The notes beneath the pieces are model-generated. The model searched no databases, was not told where the DNA came from, and saw only the letters and a program-made list of their open reading frames with translations. Below, piece after piece: positions 51,706 through 62,022 of a stretch of 64,000 nt of DNA. Every line of letters starts with the position of its first letter. Position 1 is the stretch's first letter. The translations under genes and the position numbers were made by a program. The stretch comes from a virus, in IMG/VR virus record IMGVR_UViG_3300030333_007705, positions 10,016 to 74,015 of that record, one strand, 5' to 3'.

Positions 51706-52880
51706 TTTATCTCCTTGAGGTTTCCAAAATTTCTGCCCATGGATAGATTAGCTTTGAAGCGGCCTAGTGATGTATCTGAAAATACGCTAAGGATCTCCTC
51801 TAGAAGCTGCTTGTCTTCTCTGTCGACATCCAAAACTACGCTATCATGCACAAGAAACGCAATTTTAGTTTTCTTGCCAGCAAGAAGTTTATCAACCTCA
51901 AGCACGCTTCTCAAGAACATGTCGCTGGCGGTGCTTTGTATTAGATAGTTTAAAGCCTTGTCGGGCTCTACCTCTATTGTGCGATTGTACGGCGTAGATA
52001 CGCAGCCGTCAATATAATATTTTTTAAGCATCTGATGCTTATCAAAGAAGTTTGATAATTTTTTGTTTTTAGCGTTTGGATTGTAGAGCCATGCAAAAAC
52101 TTTCTTCTTGGCTTCGGCGCGTGTTATCTTAGAGTCAAAAATATTCTCTCGTGCCCACTCATGGATATCAGCTTCGGGCTGGGGATCTCCCATAAGCGAA
52201 AGCAAAGTACGAATTTCAGCTGAATTATAATCAAGTTCAACAAACAAATCATTCTGAGGATGGATAACGCTGCGCAAATTCCTGTTTAAGGTTAAGATTG
52301 GAAAACTATCTGAGTGTGTGGAGAGTCTTCCTGTTGTTGTACCCCATAAATTATATTTTACTTTTGTTTGTGCATTCTTGATCTTCGCGAAACCCTGCCT
52401 TGCAGAAGGATTTATAAAATCAAGGTTTTTTAACTGCAGGTTTAGCTCTTGTGTTGCTATTTTATCGACAAGTGCCGACATGTCAACCATGAAATCATAA
52501 TTTTTTGGCTTTTTTGTATGCTCAAAGACATAATCAGTTATTTTATTCTTTACCTCACAAAATTCCAGTAAAAACTTCTTAGGCACCAAATCATAAAAAC
52601 AGACATGATCTAAATTTATCTTGGCGTGCTTAAAAGAAGTCAAAAATGCGGATGCGCGGGAACGAATGTGCTCGTATTCGTCCTTTAAGTGCTCTGGGCA
52701 GGCGGCCGTGAGGTCTGCGCCGTGGGCCCAGATCTGAGCGTATTCAATATCGCGACCCTTAAAGTGGGGACTGTAGGACCAAGTTCTACTCAAATCTATA
52801 TCACCGGGATAGTGACAAAGCTCGCCTTCACAGTAAATCGCATAGCATTCTTTTTTGTTATCTAATGCTTGAAAAAGCAA
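51702..52880 (-). CDS. Family A DNA polymerase, polymerase domain only
   Basis: TTTGRLS, motif A LDYNSAEIR, motif B RAEAKKKVFAWLY, NYLIQST, motif C VHDS. Confidence 0.85.
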   Translation of the reverse strand: MLFQALDNKKECYAIYCEGELCHYPGDIDLSRTWSYSPHFKGRDIEYAQIWAHGADLTAACPEHLKDEYEHIRSRASAFLTSFKHAKINLDHVCFYDLVPKKFLLEFCEVKNKITDYVFEHTKKPKNYDFMVDMSALVDKIATQELNLQLKNLDFINPSARQGFAKIKNAQTKVKYNLWGTTTGRLSTHSDSFPILTLNRNLRSVIHPQNDLFVELDYNSAEIRTLLSLMGDPQPEADIHEWARENIFDSKITRAEAKKKVFAWLYNPNAKNKKLSNFFDKHQMLKKYYIDGCVSTPYNRTIEVEPDKALNYLIQSTASDMFLRSVLEVDKLLAGKKTKIAFLVHDSVVLDVDREDKQLLEEILSVFSDTSLGRFKANLSMGRNFGNLKEIK

Positions 52881-52881
52881 A

Positions 52882-54285
52882 TTATCCTCTTTTCTTGTTT
52901 AAGGAGCCTCGAAGCTCAAGGTCGACTTGTGATGGGTCCGATTTTGACATTTCAGCCAGCTGCTTTCTGTGCTGATATTTGAATCTTGTTTGACCATGCC
53001 AATATTCGCCTTCTCTTATAAACTTACTATCCATGTGCCCCTTTGTCAAGTCATTAATGTAATTTAAGCCAGCAATGGGGCCCATGACGTTATTTGAATT
53101 CAAAACAATATCAACGTGGTGAGCAAAGCTAGTTTCAGAAAGTTGATGGCCGGTCTCGGCCAGGCGTAAGTGCAATATTATCTTTAGCCAATATTCATCT
53201 CCATACACCATCTCTTCAAGTTCGCTTTTTGGATCATCAGGCCCCGGCAGGGGCTGTCTATTCTCGTATTGTCTTTTTACAGTATCAACAAAACAGTCTC
53301 CATCAAAAGAAGACTTATGAAATCTTAATTTAATATAAGAACTATACTGTCCATAGAAAGAACTGTAAAGATCAAACATGCTTTTTCTCAAGTTCTCAAT
53401 TTCTCTTAAGTGTGATTTTTGATAGTAAACATCAAACACACTATCAAACTCCAGGCCATAATTTGCCAAGTATTTTGCAGCACCAGACACAAGCTCGGCG
53501 CCTTCCTCTAATCCAGTTTGCTTATTTTTTTTAAAATATTTGCCGCCGGAAGCAACATTAAAAACTATACGCCAAGGTGCGTTTCTATCGACCATAAAGC
53601 CAAACTTTCTAGCTGTTTCTACAAAGTGATCATAGTTGTAATCATTTACATATTGAGGAATCTTGTTGTTGGCTACTACATGAGGCTCACTAGCTATATC
53701 GATCATAAGCCCGCTTGCATATGGAGAGCAATGATTGGACAATATAAACCCAGTCATGGTGACCGGAAAATAGTAAGCAATTCTTGAAGCGTACCTTAAA
53801 AATTCGCGAACAAAATCATTAAAATCATGTATTTTTTCATGGCGGCGGTCCACGCTTAGGTACTCTTGCACGAAATTTACATACATTTTTTGCATGTGCT
53901 TGCTGTAATTATAGGCAATATCACCACTCCTTTGAGCTTTATAAGCCTTGAGGAAGCGATTATACGGACTGTCTTTAACAAGGAAAGTTTTTCTTTGATA
54001 GTTGGCCTGCAGGTCGCTAAAGGCTTCAGCAGCAAAGTCAGCAACCCACTCTGTTGAGCGCCCGGCGGAAATTTGTTCAAGATTTTCTTTCTCTAGGTAT
54101 ATTGCGTTGCCCTCCCTATCAATACGACCATAAAACAAGTGTTTCTTTTCCAAATCAAACTGAGGCGCAGGCGTGCTGAGAAAGTTTTTTCGTGCGGCTT
54201 TCTCGGCAGCAATATTTGCTAACACCTTTGAAGTTTTCCAAAAGCGCTGCTGGGCATCAAATATAGCTTTAGAGAGTTTTGGCAT
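52882..54285 (-). CDS. Hypothetical protein (tail/baseplate region)
   Basis: 467-aa ORF coupled to the baseplate gene. Confidence 0.75.
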   Translation of the reverse strand: MPKLSKAIFDAQQRFWKTSKVLANIAAEKAARKNFLSTPAPQFDLEKKHLFYGRIDREGNAIYLEKENLEQISAGRSTEWVADFAAEAFSDLQANYQRKTFLVKDSPYNRFLKAYKAQRSGDIAYNYSKHMQKMYVNFVQEYLSVDRRHEKIHDFNDFVREFLRYASRIAYYFPVTMTGFILSNHCSPYASGLMIDIASEPHVVANNKIPQYVNDYNYDHFVETARKFGFMVDRNAPWRIVFNVASGGKYFKKNKQTGLEEGAELVSGAAKYLANYGLEFDSVFDVYYQKSHLREIENLRKSMFDLYSSFYGQYSSYIKLRFHKSSFDGDCFVDTVKRQYENRQPLPGPDDPKSELEEMVYGDEYWLKIILHLRLAETGHQLSETSFAHHVDIVLNSNNVMGPIAGLNYINDLTKGHMDSKFIREGEYWHGQTRFKYQHRKQLAEMSKSDPSQVDLELRGSLNKKRG

Positions 54286-57014
54286 TACAAGGTCATCCTC
54301 TTGGTTTTCATTTTGCCATGGCCTAATGTTTTAGCATTTATAATCCTTGTCTCAAACGTTCCAGGCTCAATAACTATTTCTGTTTCTAAAATTAAGAAAT
54401 AGCCTCCTAGATTTAGTTGATACGCTAAAGAGTTTCTGTCTTCTGCTGATCCTAGACCAAGAAAAGTTGGGTTAGCATAGAAAATCATCCCAGGGGTGAA
54501 AAGTGTATTTCCAACCAACGTCAAGTCAACGTCATAAGGAAACGCTAGCTGGCTTATTTGGTCGCCGCCAGCCTCAATAGACTGCAGACTGCGCATTTCT
54601 GCTACGCCTGCGATATCTTGTTTTGAGAATTGCATTGTCTTTAAAAGCCCTCGGTCTGAGCCTATATTAAAATGATATATCCCGTCCTTTATATCAGAAA
54701 CAGCTGTGCCAGTCCTTCTTCTTATGTCGCCAATTGATGACAACTGAAGAAGCAGGTAGTCGTAAGATTTGTGCACAGCGGAATCAGACTTGTATGCGGC
54801 AGCAGCTTTTTCTTTATACATAGCCTTAAAGAAGCCATCGTCGACATTGATGACACGCTCGATGGGAAGTAGCTCCTCGCGAGTCCCGCTTTTGGTCTGG
54901 CGCCCGGGGAGGCTCACTTGCACATTCTCAACACGAGTTCCTCGTGGTTTGGCCGGGCGTATGCAATCAGCACCCATGCCAGGAAGCACAAGTTCATTCA
55001 TAAATTTTCTGAGAAAGGTCCCAAGAGACATTGTGACAGCATCTCTTTTAATAACTGCATTTGTAAACCACTCTCTAAAAGTATCGAAGGCTATAGGAAA
55101 TTGAGACAAGTTGCAATGTTTAAGCTTACCGGTTCGGCTTCTGTATTCCATTGGTCCGATTAGTATTCGCACTCCAGACAAGATAGAGTATAGTGAGTTC
55201 TCATCTTGTTCTTTCCAATAACTCTTTGGTTCAAAAATATATTTTTTATCCTCGTGCAGTTGCACGATGCCCGCGTTTTTGCATGCTAATTCAATTACGT
55301 CACCAGCAAATATAAAGTGAAATTGATATCTCTCGCCCTCTCTCGCAGCTGTAATCAGCGATCTTGCGTTGTAGTCGACTGGCTTGTCTTTTTTGTCCTT
55401 ACCTGCGCTCTCGCTACTTGGGCTTCTTGAAAATTCATCCGCATTTTTACTTACATCTGCCATCTTGGCGGCGTCAGCCAAAATCTCGCTACAGACCGCA
55501 ACTTTAAATGATTCCGCAGCATCACTAATTGCCGCGGTTGTTTGTTTCTTAATTCTTTCTTTTTCTTTTGCCTTGAGCTGCTCCTCTTCGCCAGCAGGTG
55601 TCATTTTAGCGCCCTTCGCCAAGGTGTTGCTTAGGCCTAAAACCTCATCCATTTTGCTGCTCGGCACGTTGGCACAAAACAATCTAGTCCCCGTGCCTCG
55701 GTCTCCCTTGGCTCCATTAATAAGCTGACTCATGAAAGAGCGGTAAGCCGTTCGACGCAGGGCACCCGCCTTTTCATCAACAGAGGCTTTAAGACCCTGA
55801 ACGAGTGCCGCGTCCTCGATATCTAACAGCACTTTCTCAGCATTTGTAGAAGATATTTTACCTTTTTTATTTCTAATCTTCTTGCCGGAAAACTCTTCAT
55901 ATATTTTTACAAAAGAGGGCATTTTAAGCAAGCGCGCGACGATAGATTCTCCGTCTGCGACGTCATCCTCCGAGTTTAAATCTTTGTTTGCCTCGGTAAG
56001 AAGAAGCTTGATTCTCCCCAGATTAACGGGGCTGGATTCGGGCGACGCGGTCGGCGATATATCACCCTCGCCATCTTTTTTTACCTGCAAGGATGGTTGA
56101 AAAACATTTGCGTGGGCTGAAGAAATAGTAGTCTCAATTCGGCCAAAATAATCCGCACTAAGCTCTACACTACCATCGGCCTGTATACTAAAATCATGGC
56201 GATGGAGACTTAAAGACACCATTATATTTGAGTTTTCAAGTTTTTTTATGCACTCAATTTCTTTTTTATTAGTAATTCCCAAGCCACGCAAAGAAGATTC
56301 AGGCGGTATATTGTAGCCAATCAGCGCTCTGATTTCATAATGCTTGGGGTTGTATTCTTCTGTTTGGCGGTTTATCTTCCCTTCAGGAAACAATACCAAG
56401 TCAACATATCTTATATCGCGTTGGCCGGCTGGTCGGGCCACTAAATCTTTCAAACCTTTAAATTTTAAACTCAAAGAGCACTTAATATTCCTCTCTATGC
56501 CGCCATGGTCGCGTCCAATATGTCTTAATGTAAAAGACCTGAGGCCTACATTTCTCCAGTTTGCCTGAGAGGATTCAGATGCAAGATAGCTTGATACACT
56601 AGCAGACTGCTGTTTTCCGAAATTATCAGCAAATTTAATTTCTTTCATTGTTGGCTCTGAGAGGGGTATTATCTGACCTTCGTCATCGGTAGTAGTATAC
56701 CTGACCTTGAAGAGTCGCACTTTTGGATGCAGAAGAGACAAAGTGGAGCTTTTGATGTTATAAAAACAACTCAAGTCACCTAAACCCTTCAGGGAGCTAA
56801 CGATTGTTGGTGTGTGTCCTTTAATTTGGCGAAAAGTCCTGTATTCGAACAAATCCTCCCTAGAATTAGCGAATTCAAGAACACTGTCAATGTTTTGAGA
56901 AAGTATGCACTGTTGAATATTTCTATGTGTGCGCTCTTGGCGCAGAAAAGCCTTCCTTCTCTTTTCCTCCAGAACCTTAGGGTCTACTTTTTCTTTTTTT
57001 TCTTCTTTCGACAT
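54285..57014 (-). CDS. Baseplate hub-like tail protein
   Basis: Position after the LysM/gp53-like gene; C-terminal LVGNTLFTPG...LGGYFLI...FETRI hub-type pattern. Confidence 0.65.
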   Translation of the reverse strand: MSKEEKKEKVDPKVLEEKRRKAFLRQERTHRNIQQCILSQNIDSVLEFANSREDLFEYRTFRQIKGHTPTIVSSLKGLGDLSCFYNIKSSTLSLLHPKVRLFKVRYTTTDDEGQIIPLSEPTMKEIKFADNFGKQQSASVSSYLASESSQANWRNVGLRSFTLRHIGRDHGGIERNIKCSLSLKFKGLKDLVARPAGQRDIRYVDLVLFPEGKINRQTEEYNPKHYEIRALIGYNIPPESSLRGLGITNKKEIECIKKLENSNIMVSLSLHRHDFSIQADGSVELSADYFGRIETTISSAHANVFQPSLQVKKDGEGDISPTASPESSPVNLGRIKLLLTEANKDLNSEDDVADGESIVARLLKMPSFVKIYEEFSGKKIRNKKGKISSTNAEKVLLDIEDAALVQGLKASVDEKAGALRRTAYRSFMSQLINGAKGDRGTGTRLFCANVPSSKMDEVLGLSNTLAKGAKMTPAGEEEQLKAKEKERIKKQTTAAISDAAESFKVAVCSEILADAAKMADVSKNADEFSRSPSSESAGKDKKDKPVDYNARSLITAAREGERYQFHFIFAGDVIELACKNAGIVQLHEDKKYIFEPKSYWKEQDENSLYSILSGVRILIGPMEYRSRTGKLKHCNLSQFPIAFDTFREWFTNAVIKRDAVTMSLGTFLRKFMNELVLPGMGADCIRPAKPRGTRVENVQVSLPGRQTKSGTREELLPIERVINVDDGFFKAMYKEKAAAAYKSDSAVHKSYDYLLLQLSSIGDIRRRTGTAVSDIKDGIYHFNIGSDRGLLKTMQFSKQDIAGVAEMRSLQSIEAGGDQISQLAFPYDVDLTLVGNTLFTPGMIFYANPTFLGLGSAEDRNSLAYQLNLGGYFLILETEIVIEPGTFETRIINAKTLGHGKMKTKRMTL

Positions 57015-57026
57015 TCTGAAGCCTCT

Positions 57027-57359
57027 TTAGTAGCCCAAGTAAGGCAAGACCGCCTCAAGAGGGAAGGGTATGTATATCACATCGCCTTTCCTGAGGTGTG
57101 ACTCAGTCGGCTTCTTATTAAAAAGGCCAATAACCCACCACATCTTTGGATCTGAATAGTGCTCACTGGCCAATTTAAAATATCTGTCGCCTTCGCCCCA
57201 GATGTGCTCGATAGTTGAAAAATTTTCTATTTCAGAGACAGTTGGATGTCTGAAGATTGAAGTATCATATTGCCGAATGCTAGAAATGCCTCTACTCTTC
57301 AACAGTTGTTTGTAATTTTGTTTTTCATTTTTAAAAATATTGTTTTTAGAATATCTCAT
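57027..57359 (-). CDS. LysM/gp53-like baseplate wedge protein
   Basis: GDRYFKLASEHYSDPKMWWVIGLFN...GDVIYIP. Confidence 0.8.
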   Translation of the reverse strand: MRYSKNNIFKNEKQNYKQLLKSRGISSIRQYDTSIFRHPTVSEIENFSTIEHIWGEGDRYFKLASEHYSDPKMWWVIGLFNKKPTESHLRKGDVIYIPFPLEAVLPYLGY

Positions 57360-58204
57360 GTTTTTGTTTGACTCCCCATCATTCCACTTGCGCCTGCTGC
57401 AGCAACCTTTCCATCAGCACCCTCGCTGGCGCCGGGCGCGTCTGCGACTGTTGGAGATGCTGATTTTGCCGGGCGCGTGGTGCCTTTGCCCAACCCATAG
57501 CCGTATGGGAATCCGATGGTATCACCGCCGCGCCACTCTCCACTTTGCAGATCCCAACCTAAAGAATGATCATGTACGACACTTAGATTAACGCTTAGGC
57601 TAAAGTTTTTAGGAATCAAAAGTTTGCTGGGTCCGGACTTGCCTTTTAGTTTGCGATCCACACTGTCAAAGTCAATATAAATAAATCCAGAATTTACCTC
57701 AGGTGAGACTTCAACTCCTGACATGGTGCACAAAAGACCTCGGTCGCCGCGTGCATGCGAAATCATATTTGCATACTTAACTCTAAACAACGGCGAAGCT
57801 GCAATAGACGTGGCGTCGCCTTGACTTGCGTACGCTGGGTATTGCGAGGCTATAAGCAGATTTAGATTATTTAAGTTCCTCAAAGCGCTCTCTTTTGACG
57901 TCGAAGGAACAGTCCAACTTATGCTTATTGTTCTTTCTGACTTCTGCCATATGTGATATGGGTCTGGGCGTCCAAAAGGCTGCTCTGGTTGGTGATCATG
58001 CCTAAAATTATCGGACATGCTCTTGATGAAGGCCATAAAAGTGATCACAGGAGCGTTTCTAACATGGACTGGAATGAACTCTAAAACTGTGCCAGTTTGA
58101 GCTTCTGGTGAAGAGCCAAAAGCGGCGTTGTCTTTTTTAAATTCAGCATTAACAGATGCCGCCTTACCAAGTGCTGCTCTTTCGTTTGCAAAAAATTTAG
58201 ACAT
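57356..58204 (-). CDS. Baseplate/tail-tube initiator-like protein
   Basis: FGRPDP...ERTISISW; follows the tape measure gene. Confidence 0.65.
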   Translation of the reverse strand: MSKFFANERAALGKAASVNAEFKKDNAAFGSSPEAQTGTVLEFIPVHVRNAPVITFMAFIKSMSDNFRHDHQPEQPFGRPDPYHIWQKSERTISISWTVPSTSKESALRNLNNLNLLIASQYPAYASQGDATSIAASPLFRVKYANMISHARGDRGLLCTMSGVEVSPEVNSGFIYIDFDSVDRKLKGKSGPSKLLIPKNFSLSVNLSVVHDHSLGWDLQSGEWRGGDTIGFPYGYGLGKGTTRPAKSASPTVADAPGASEGADGKVAAAGASGMMGSQTKT

Positions 58205-58218
58205 CGATGCGCACCTCC

Positions 58219-60864
58219 CTATCTACCATAATTCTCAATTGTGTGCTCAATAAACTCTTTCAAGGTTCGGATGATTGTTTCGTATCCAACCTCAGCACCG
58301 CCTGTTTGAGAATTTTTAAGCTGCAGCTCGTACATTTTTTGTAATATGTCAAGACCGGCGCCTCCCATGGGATCAAGGCCAATACCCATAGCTCGTCGAG
58401 TAGCTTCCGGGCCTGTTTCGGCCCTCAGTTCAGCCAAACCAGGGGCAGTACCAAGCTTGCGCTTTGTTAGCTCTTTTGCTTTCTTTTCAGCCTCAGTCTC
58501 AACTGGCTTAGCTTTAAGGTTTCTTTGATAATCTTTAAATTGCAGCACTGCATCGCGCATGGACGTTCCCGGATCGCGGTCTTTTATAAAGTCTTTCAGA
58601 GTTTTTGCTTTCGCTGCTTCTGCTTTCTTTGGCGTCGTAGCAGCCTTTTTTTGTTCTGCTTTCAATTTCTGCATTTTTTGATTTACATGGAACTCTGCCA
58701 TTTTTTGGGCTTTCGCTTCCATTTCTTCTTCTGACATGCCGGTCTTCTTGGCCCATTCGCCCATGACGGTCTTTGAATCTTTCAGCTGCCTTAGAGCCAT
58801 CTCTTTCCTAGCTTCAAGCATCATCTTTCTCATCGCAGGCATGGCGCTAGCGGAGCCGACGAAATCTCTACCGCCGCCGCCACCACCACCGGTCTTGGGC
58901 TTTCCTTTTGCCTTTGCGCGAAATTGCTCATTTTGCTCTTCGAGCATTTTCTTCAACGCTTCATCGTCGATTTTGCTCATATCCACTACGTTTCGGGATT
59001 CGTCGAAGTACGTAGCCCGGGATCTTCCGCGATCAGCGCCGCGAAGCAAGCGCGCGGGGTCTTTTGCTTTGTTGAAAAAACCTTCGGCCGCGTCTGTGCC
59101 AGCTGTCAATGCGTGCATTGCCATCTCAGGCATGAGCGTAGCTAGCTTTGCAAGATTGCCGCCAATCTTCTCAGTAAGGATGCGAGAAATTTTATCGATA
59201 TTGTCGGCCTGCTTGTAGACAACCGCGTTGACTCTGTCTGTCAAAGTCTGAGACGCGTCGAGCTTGTCCTGTATCAATTTTAAGTTTTTCGCAGGGTCTT
59301 TCGCATCCACAGCTTTGGCTTGTTTGTCTAACTCACCGGTCAAAGCTGAAGTAGTTGCACTAAACATTCTCTGCGCTGTGGGGACGTCCACCTTTAAGAT
59401 GCCAGCAAAAACTTGCTGTTGTCGACGATCTAACTCAGAGAAATCTTTATCTAGGCCACCCATTGCTTTTTGTATTATTTTAATTTTATCATCAGGCGCT
59501 GCGTGGACTAGCTCCATGACAGAGATCTTGTTTTGGCCCAGCATGGCGTTGAGGCGGCCGGCTGCTTCTGCGGCGCCTTCAAAAGTGTCCATGCCCATGG
59601 CCATATCGGTTAGTTTAGACACCTCGACACCAGTAGCTTTTGCGACTGCTTGCATGCCGGCAAAAGTCTTAATAATGTCTTTCTTGCCAAACATTGCAAT
59701 CTTAGGAGCCATCTTGACAAAATCATCAAAATTCTGGTTTAGGTTAATATCCAGAGCGTCCCCAACAGCAAGTATGTGGTCCATTGTTTTAACCATTTGC
59801 GGACCTTGCATTTGGAGCGCTCTGTTGAAGAAATCAAGCGTACCTGCAGTAGTTTTCGTACTGACGCCAAATTTTGCCAGAACTGCCATTCGCTGACTTA
59901 TGACAGTTGCGCCGGCACGGAGCCTTTTGTCGCTTTCTAGCTGCTCTCTTCTGAATGCCATAATAGTCGAAGTCAGATCAACCATAGACTTTCTAGATTC
60001 TTTTGCTGTAATGCCAGTATCTTTTAGCGTACCGCCAAACTCTTCGTAAGCTTTCCGCGTTAAGCTCGCATCCGGTCCTGCAATATCAGGATCAAGAGGC
60101 GCCATTGTGGCTACAAAGACATCACGCAAATTTTCAGACTGCAATCCGGTGGCTTTAACGAATGCTCTATATTCGTCATCCATCTCGCCAATGGCATTCT
60201 TAAACTTAGTCTTCGCGCTATCCATAGTTGATTGAAGGGTATCCAAGCCAAACCCTGTGCCCTGGCCGAGGGCCTCACCAAGCTGTTGTTTAAAATACCC
60301 CATAGCGCCCAGCTTCTTAAACTCCGTGAACTTTCTGATGGCCTTCGCGACGGCGCCGGGGTCAGTGCCCATTTTCCCAGCAGGCGATGGTGCACCGGCA
60401 GTGCCCATCTTTCTCTGATTTTTATAATACTCTTCTTGTAGTCTGAGTCCTTTGCCCCACGCAGTGGCTTCTTTTTCCGCGGGACTCTGACCCTTGCCGG
60501 GTGCAGAAGAGGCTGCTTTGACTCTTTCGAACGAAGTAAGAACCTCCTTTAAGGAGGCGGTTATACCGGCTGTTCCGGTCTTAATTTCTGCAAGGATCTG
60601 CTTTACAGCTAGCGCTGCGTTAGCTTGCTCTTTGAGGCCGTCGGCTTTGACTTGCTTTTCAGCATCTTTGGCTAGCAACTCTGCCTGTTTTAGTCTAGTT
60701 TCGGCAAATTTGGTCATTTGCTCGCCAGACGTATTCACGACACGAAGAAGCTCTTGAAAACCAGCAACTTGCCCCTGTGTAAGGTTTGTAACTTGCAGCA
60801 TGCCTTCTTTTAAGGCATTAAGGTTCTCTAGGGCTTCCTTTATTTTTTCTGGATCAAAGGCCAT
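58219..60864 (-). CDS. Tail tape measure protein
   Basis: Long A/K/M-rich helical protein; FEGAAEAAGRLNAMLG; canonical position; CTATTTA at 60884-60890. Confidence 0.75.
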   Translation of the reverse strand: MAFDPEKIKEALENLNALKEGMLQVTNLTQGQVAGFQELLRVVNTSGEQMTKFAETRLKQAELLAKDAEKQVKADGLKEQANAALAVKQILAEIKTGTAGITASLKEVLTSFERVKAASSAPGKGQSPAEKEATAWGKGLRLQEEYYKNQRKMGTAGAPSPAGKMGTDPGAVAKAIRKFTEFKKLGAMGYFKQQLGEALGQGTGFGLDTLQSTMDSAKTKFKNAIGEMDDEYRAFVKATGLQSENLRDVFVATMAPLDPDIAGPDASLTRKAYEEFGGTLKDTGITAKESRKSMVDLTSTIMAFRREQLESDKRLRAGATVISQRMAVLAKFGVSTKTTAGTLDFFNRALQMQGPQMVKTMDHILAVGDALDINLNQNFDDFVKMAPKIAMFGKKDIIKTFAGMQAVAKATGVEVSKLTDMAMGMDTFEGAAEAAGRLNAMLGQNKISVMELVHAAPDDKIKIIQKAMGGLDKDFSELDRRQQQVFAGILKVDVPTAQRMFSATTSALTGELDKQAKAVDAKDPAKNLKLIQDKLDASQTLTDRVNAVVYKQADNIDKISRILTEKIGGNLAKLATLMPEMAMHALTAGTDAAEGFFNKAKDPARLLRGADRGRSRATYFDESRNVVDMSKIDDEALKKMLEEQNEQFRAKAKGKPKTGGGGGGGRDFVGSASAMPAMRKMMLEARKEMALRQLKDSKTVMGEWAKKTGMSEEEMEAKAQKMAEFHVNQKMQKLKAEQKKAATTPKKAEAAKAKTLKDFIKDRDPGTSMRDAVLQFKDYQRNLKAKPVETEAEKKAKELTKRKLGTAPGLAELRAETGPEATRRAMGIGLDPMGGAGLDILQKMYELQLKNSQTGGAEVGYETIIRTLKEFIEHTIENYGR

Positions 60865-60919
60865 TGGTGTCTCCTCGCTAGTATAAATAGTCTAATGGAG
60901 CAAACTAAACACAGCAGAA

Positions 60920-61106
60920 CTACTCGTTAGCCTTTTCGATCGCTTCTTTCTCATCTTCAAATTGCTTGTTCAGGCGTTGTATATACCAGCGTCGGAGACC
61001 GACAGGCAGGTTGTAAGCTTCAATGAAACTCCAACCTCCATGGTATTTGAGTAAAAAGAACTCCTCATATACGCCCTCAATGTATTCATCACCCAGGCCA
61101 AAAAAA
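60920..61106 (-). CDS. Start-less ORF, probable frameshift extension of the tail assembly chaperone (gp51-like)
   Basis: FFGLGDEYIEGVYEEFFLLKYHGGWSFIEAYNLPVGLRRWYIQRL...; no in-frame ATG/GTG/TTG; entered at a T7 run. Confidence 0.7.
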
Positions 61107-61958
61107 GTCCGTATTAAACGGCACCTCCATGTCTTCTATATGACCACAGTTTGAACATGCAAACGTTTGGGTGAGGTCAACTGCAGGCGTAAGCTGCGAA
61201 TACAATTTTCTCAAGTGTTTTGAGTCAGAAATAGGCATAACGCCCACAAAGCGCTTGATTGTCCAACGATCATCGTCGCCGTTGACCGCCTTAATGATCA
61301 TCATCAACTGGTCAGTTACAACTGATTCGCCTTTGCCCTTTTTGTTGCTGTTTTGAGCAAACAACTTTGACTCTTCGTGACCAGTCATTAGCGACACGCC
61401 AACAACAACTTTAGATTTTGGCAACTCAATCAAAAACAATCCAGACTCTTCATCATGTTTGATTTTATTTTCTGCCAAAAAGTTTTGATCTGTGCAGTTG
61501 TTAACTATCTTCTTCTCTTCCAAGTCAAAAACGTGCTCTTCGTTAGAAGAGCATGCAGGACACTCAACGATTGTCTCATATGAGCTTCCAAACGCACTTG
61601 CGCGGGCCGCAACCAGAATAGCGTTGCGATCGCCAGTCAACAAAGACAAACCTTTAATGTTCTTATTGACCATGATGCTATCAATAAGCCTATCGAGCGC
61701 AACACCTCTTTTTATGAGAGCCGTCGAGGATAAAATATCCTCCTCCTTGGCCGTCATAAACTTAATTTCTAAATCTTTGGCACCGTGCAGCGGGTGACCT
61801 TCGGGATAAAACCGACCTGCTGAAGGTAATTCAACAAATTCAGTTGGAACCGAGAAAGATAAACCAGTTTGAGCTTGACCGCCGTTAAAAACCTCTGGTA
61901 TTACGCCATCAGAAGCTTCGCCAGGCTTTGGTCCAAGCCGATCCTCATTGTTCCTCAT
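61089..61958 (-). CDS. Baseplate hub assembly/tail assembly chaperone (T4 gp26-like)
   Basis: VELPSAG, MTAKEEDIL, CPAC, CSNC, C-terminal DFFWP. Confidence 0.8.
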   Translation of the reverse strand: MRNNEDRLGPKPGEASDGVIPEVFNGGQAQTGLSFSVPTEFVELPSAGRFYPEGHPLHGAKDLEIKFMTAKEEDILSSTALIKRGVALDRLIDSIMVNKNIKGLSLLTGDRNAILVAARASAFGSSYETIVECPACSSNEEHVFDLEEKKIVNNCTDQNFLAENKIKHDEESGLFLIELPKSKVVVGVSLMTGHEESKLFAQNSNKKGKGESVVTDQLMMIIKAVNGDDDRWTIKRFVGVMPISDSKHLRKLYSQLTPAVDLTQTFACSNCGHIEDMEVPFNTDFFWPG

Positions 61959-62022
61959 TCAAACCTCTCAAGAATGTTACATTCTTATTATACACACATT
62001 AAAGATAAATTAAAGATTAATT

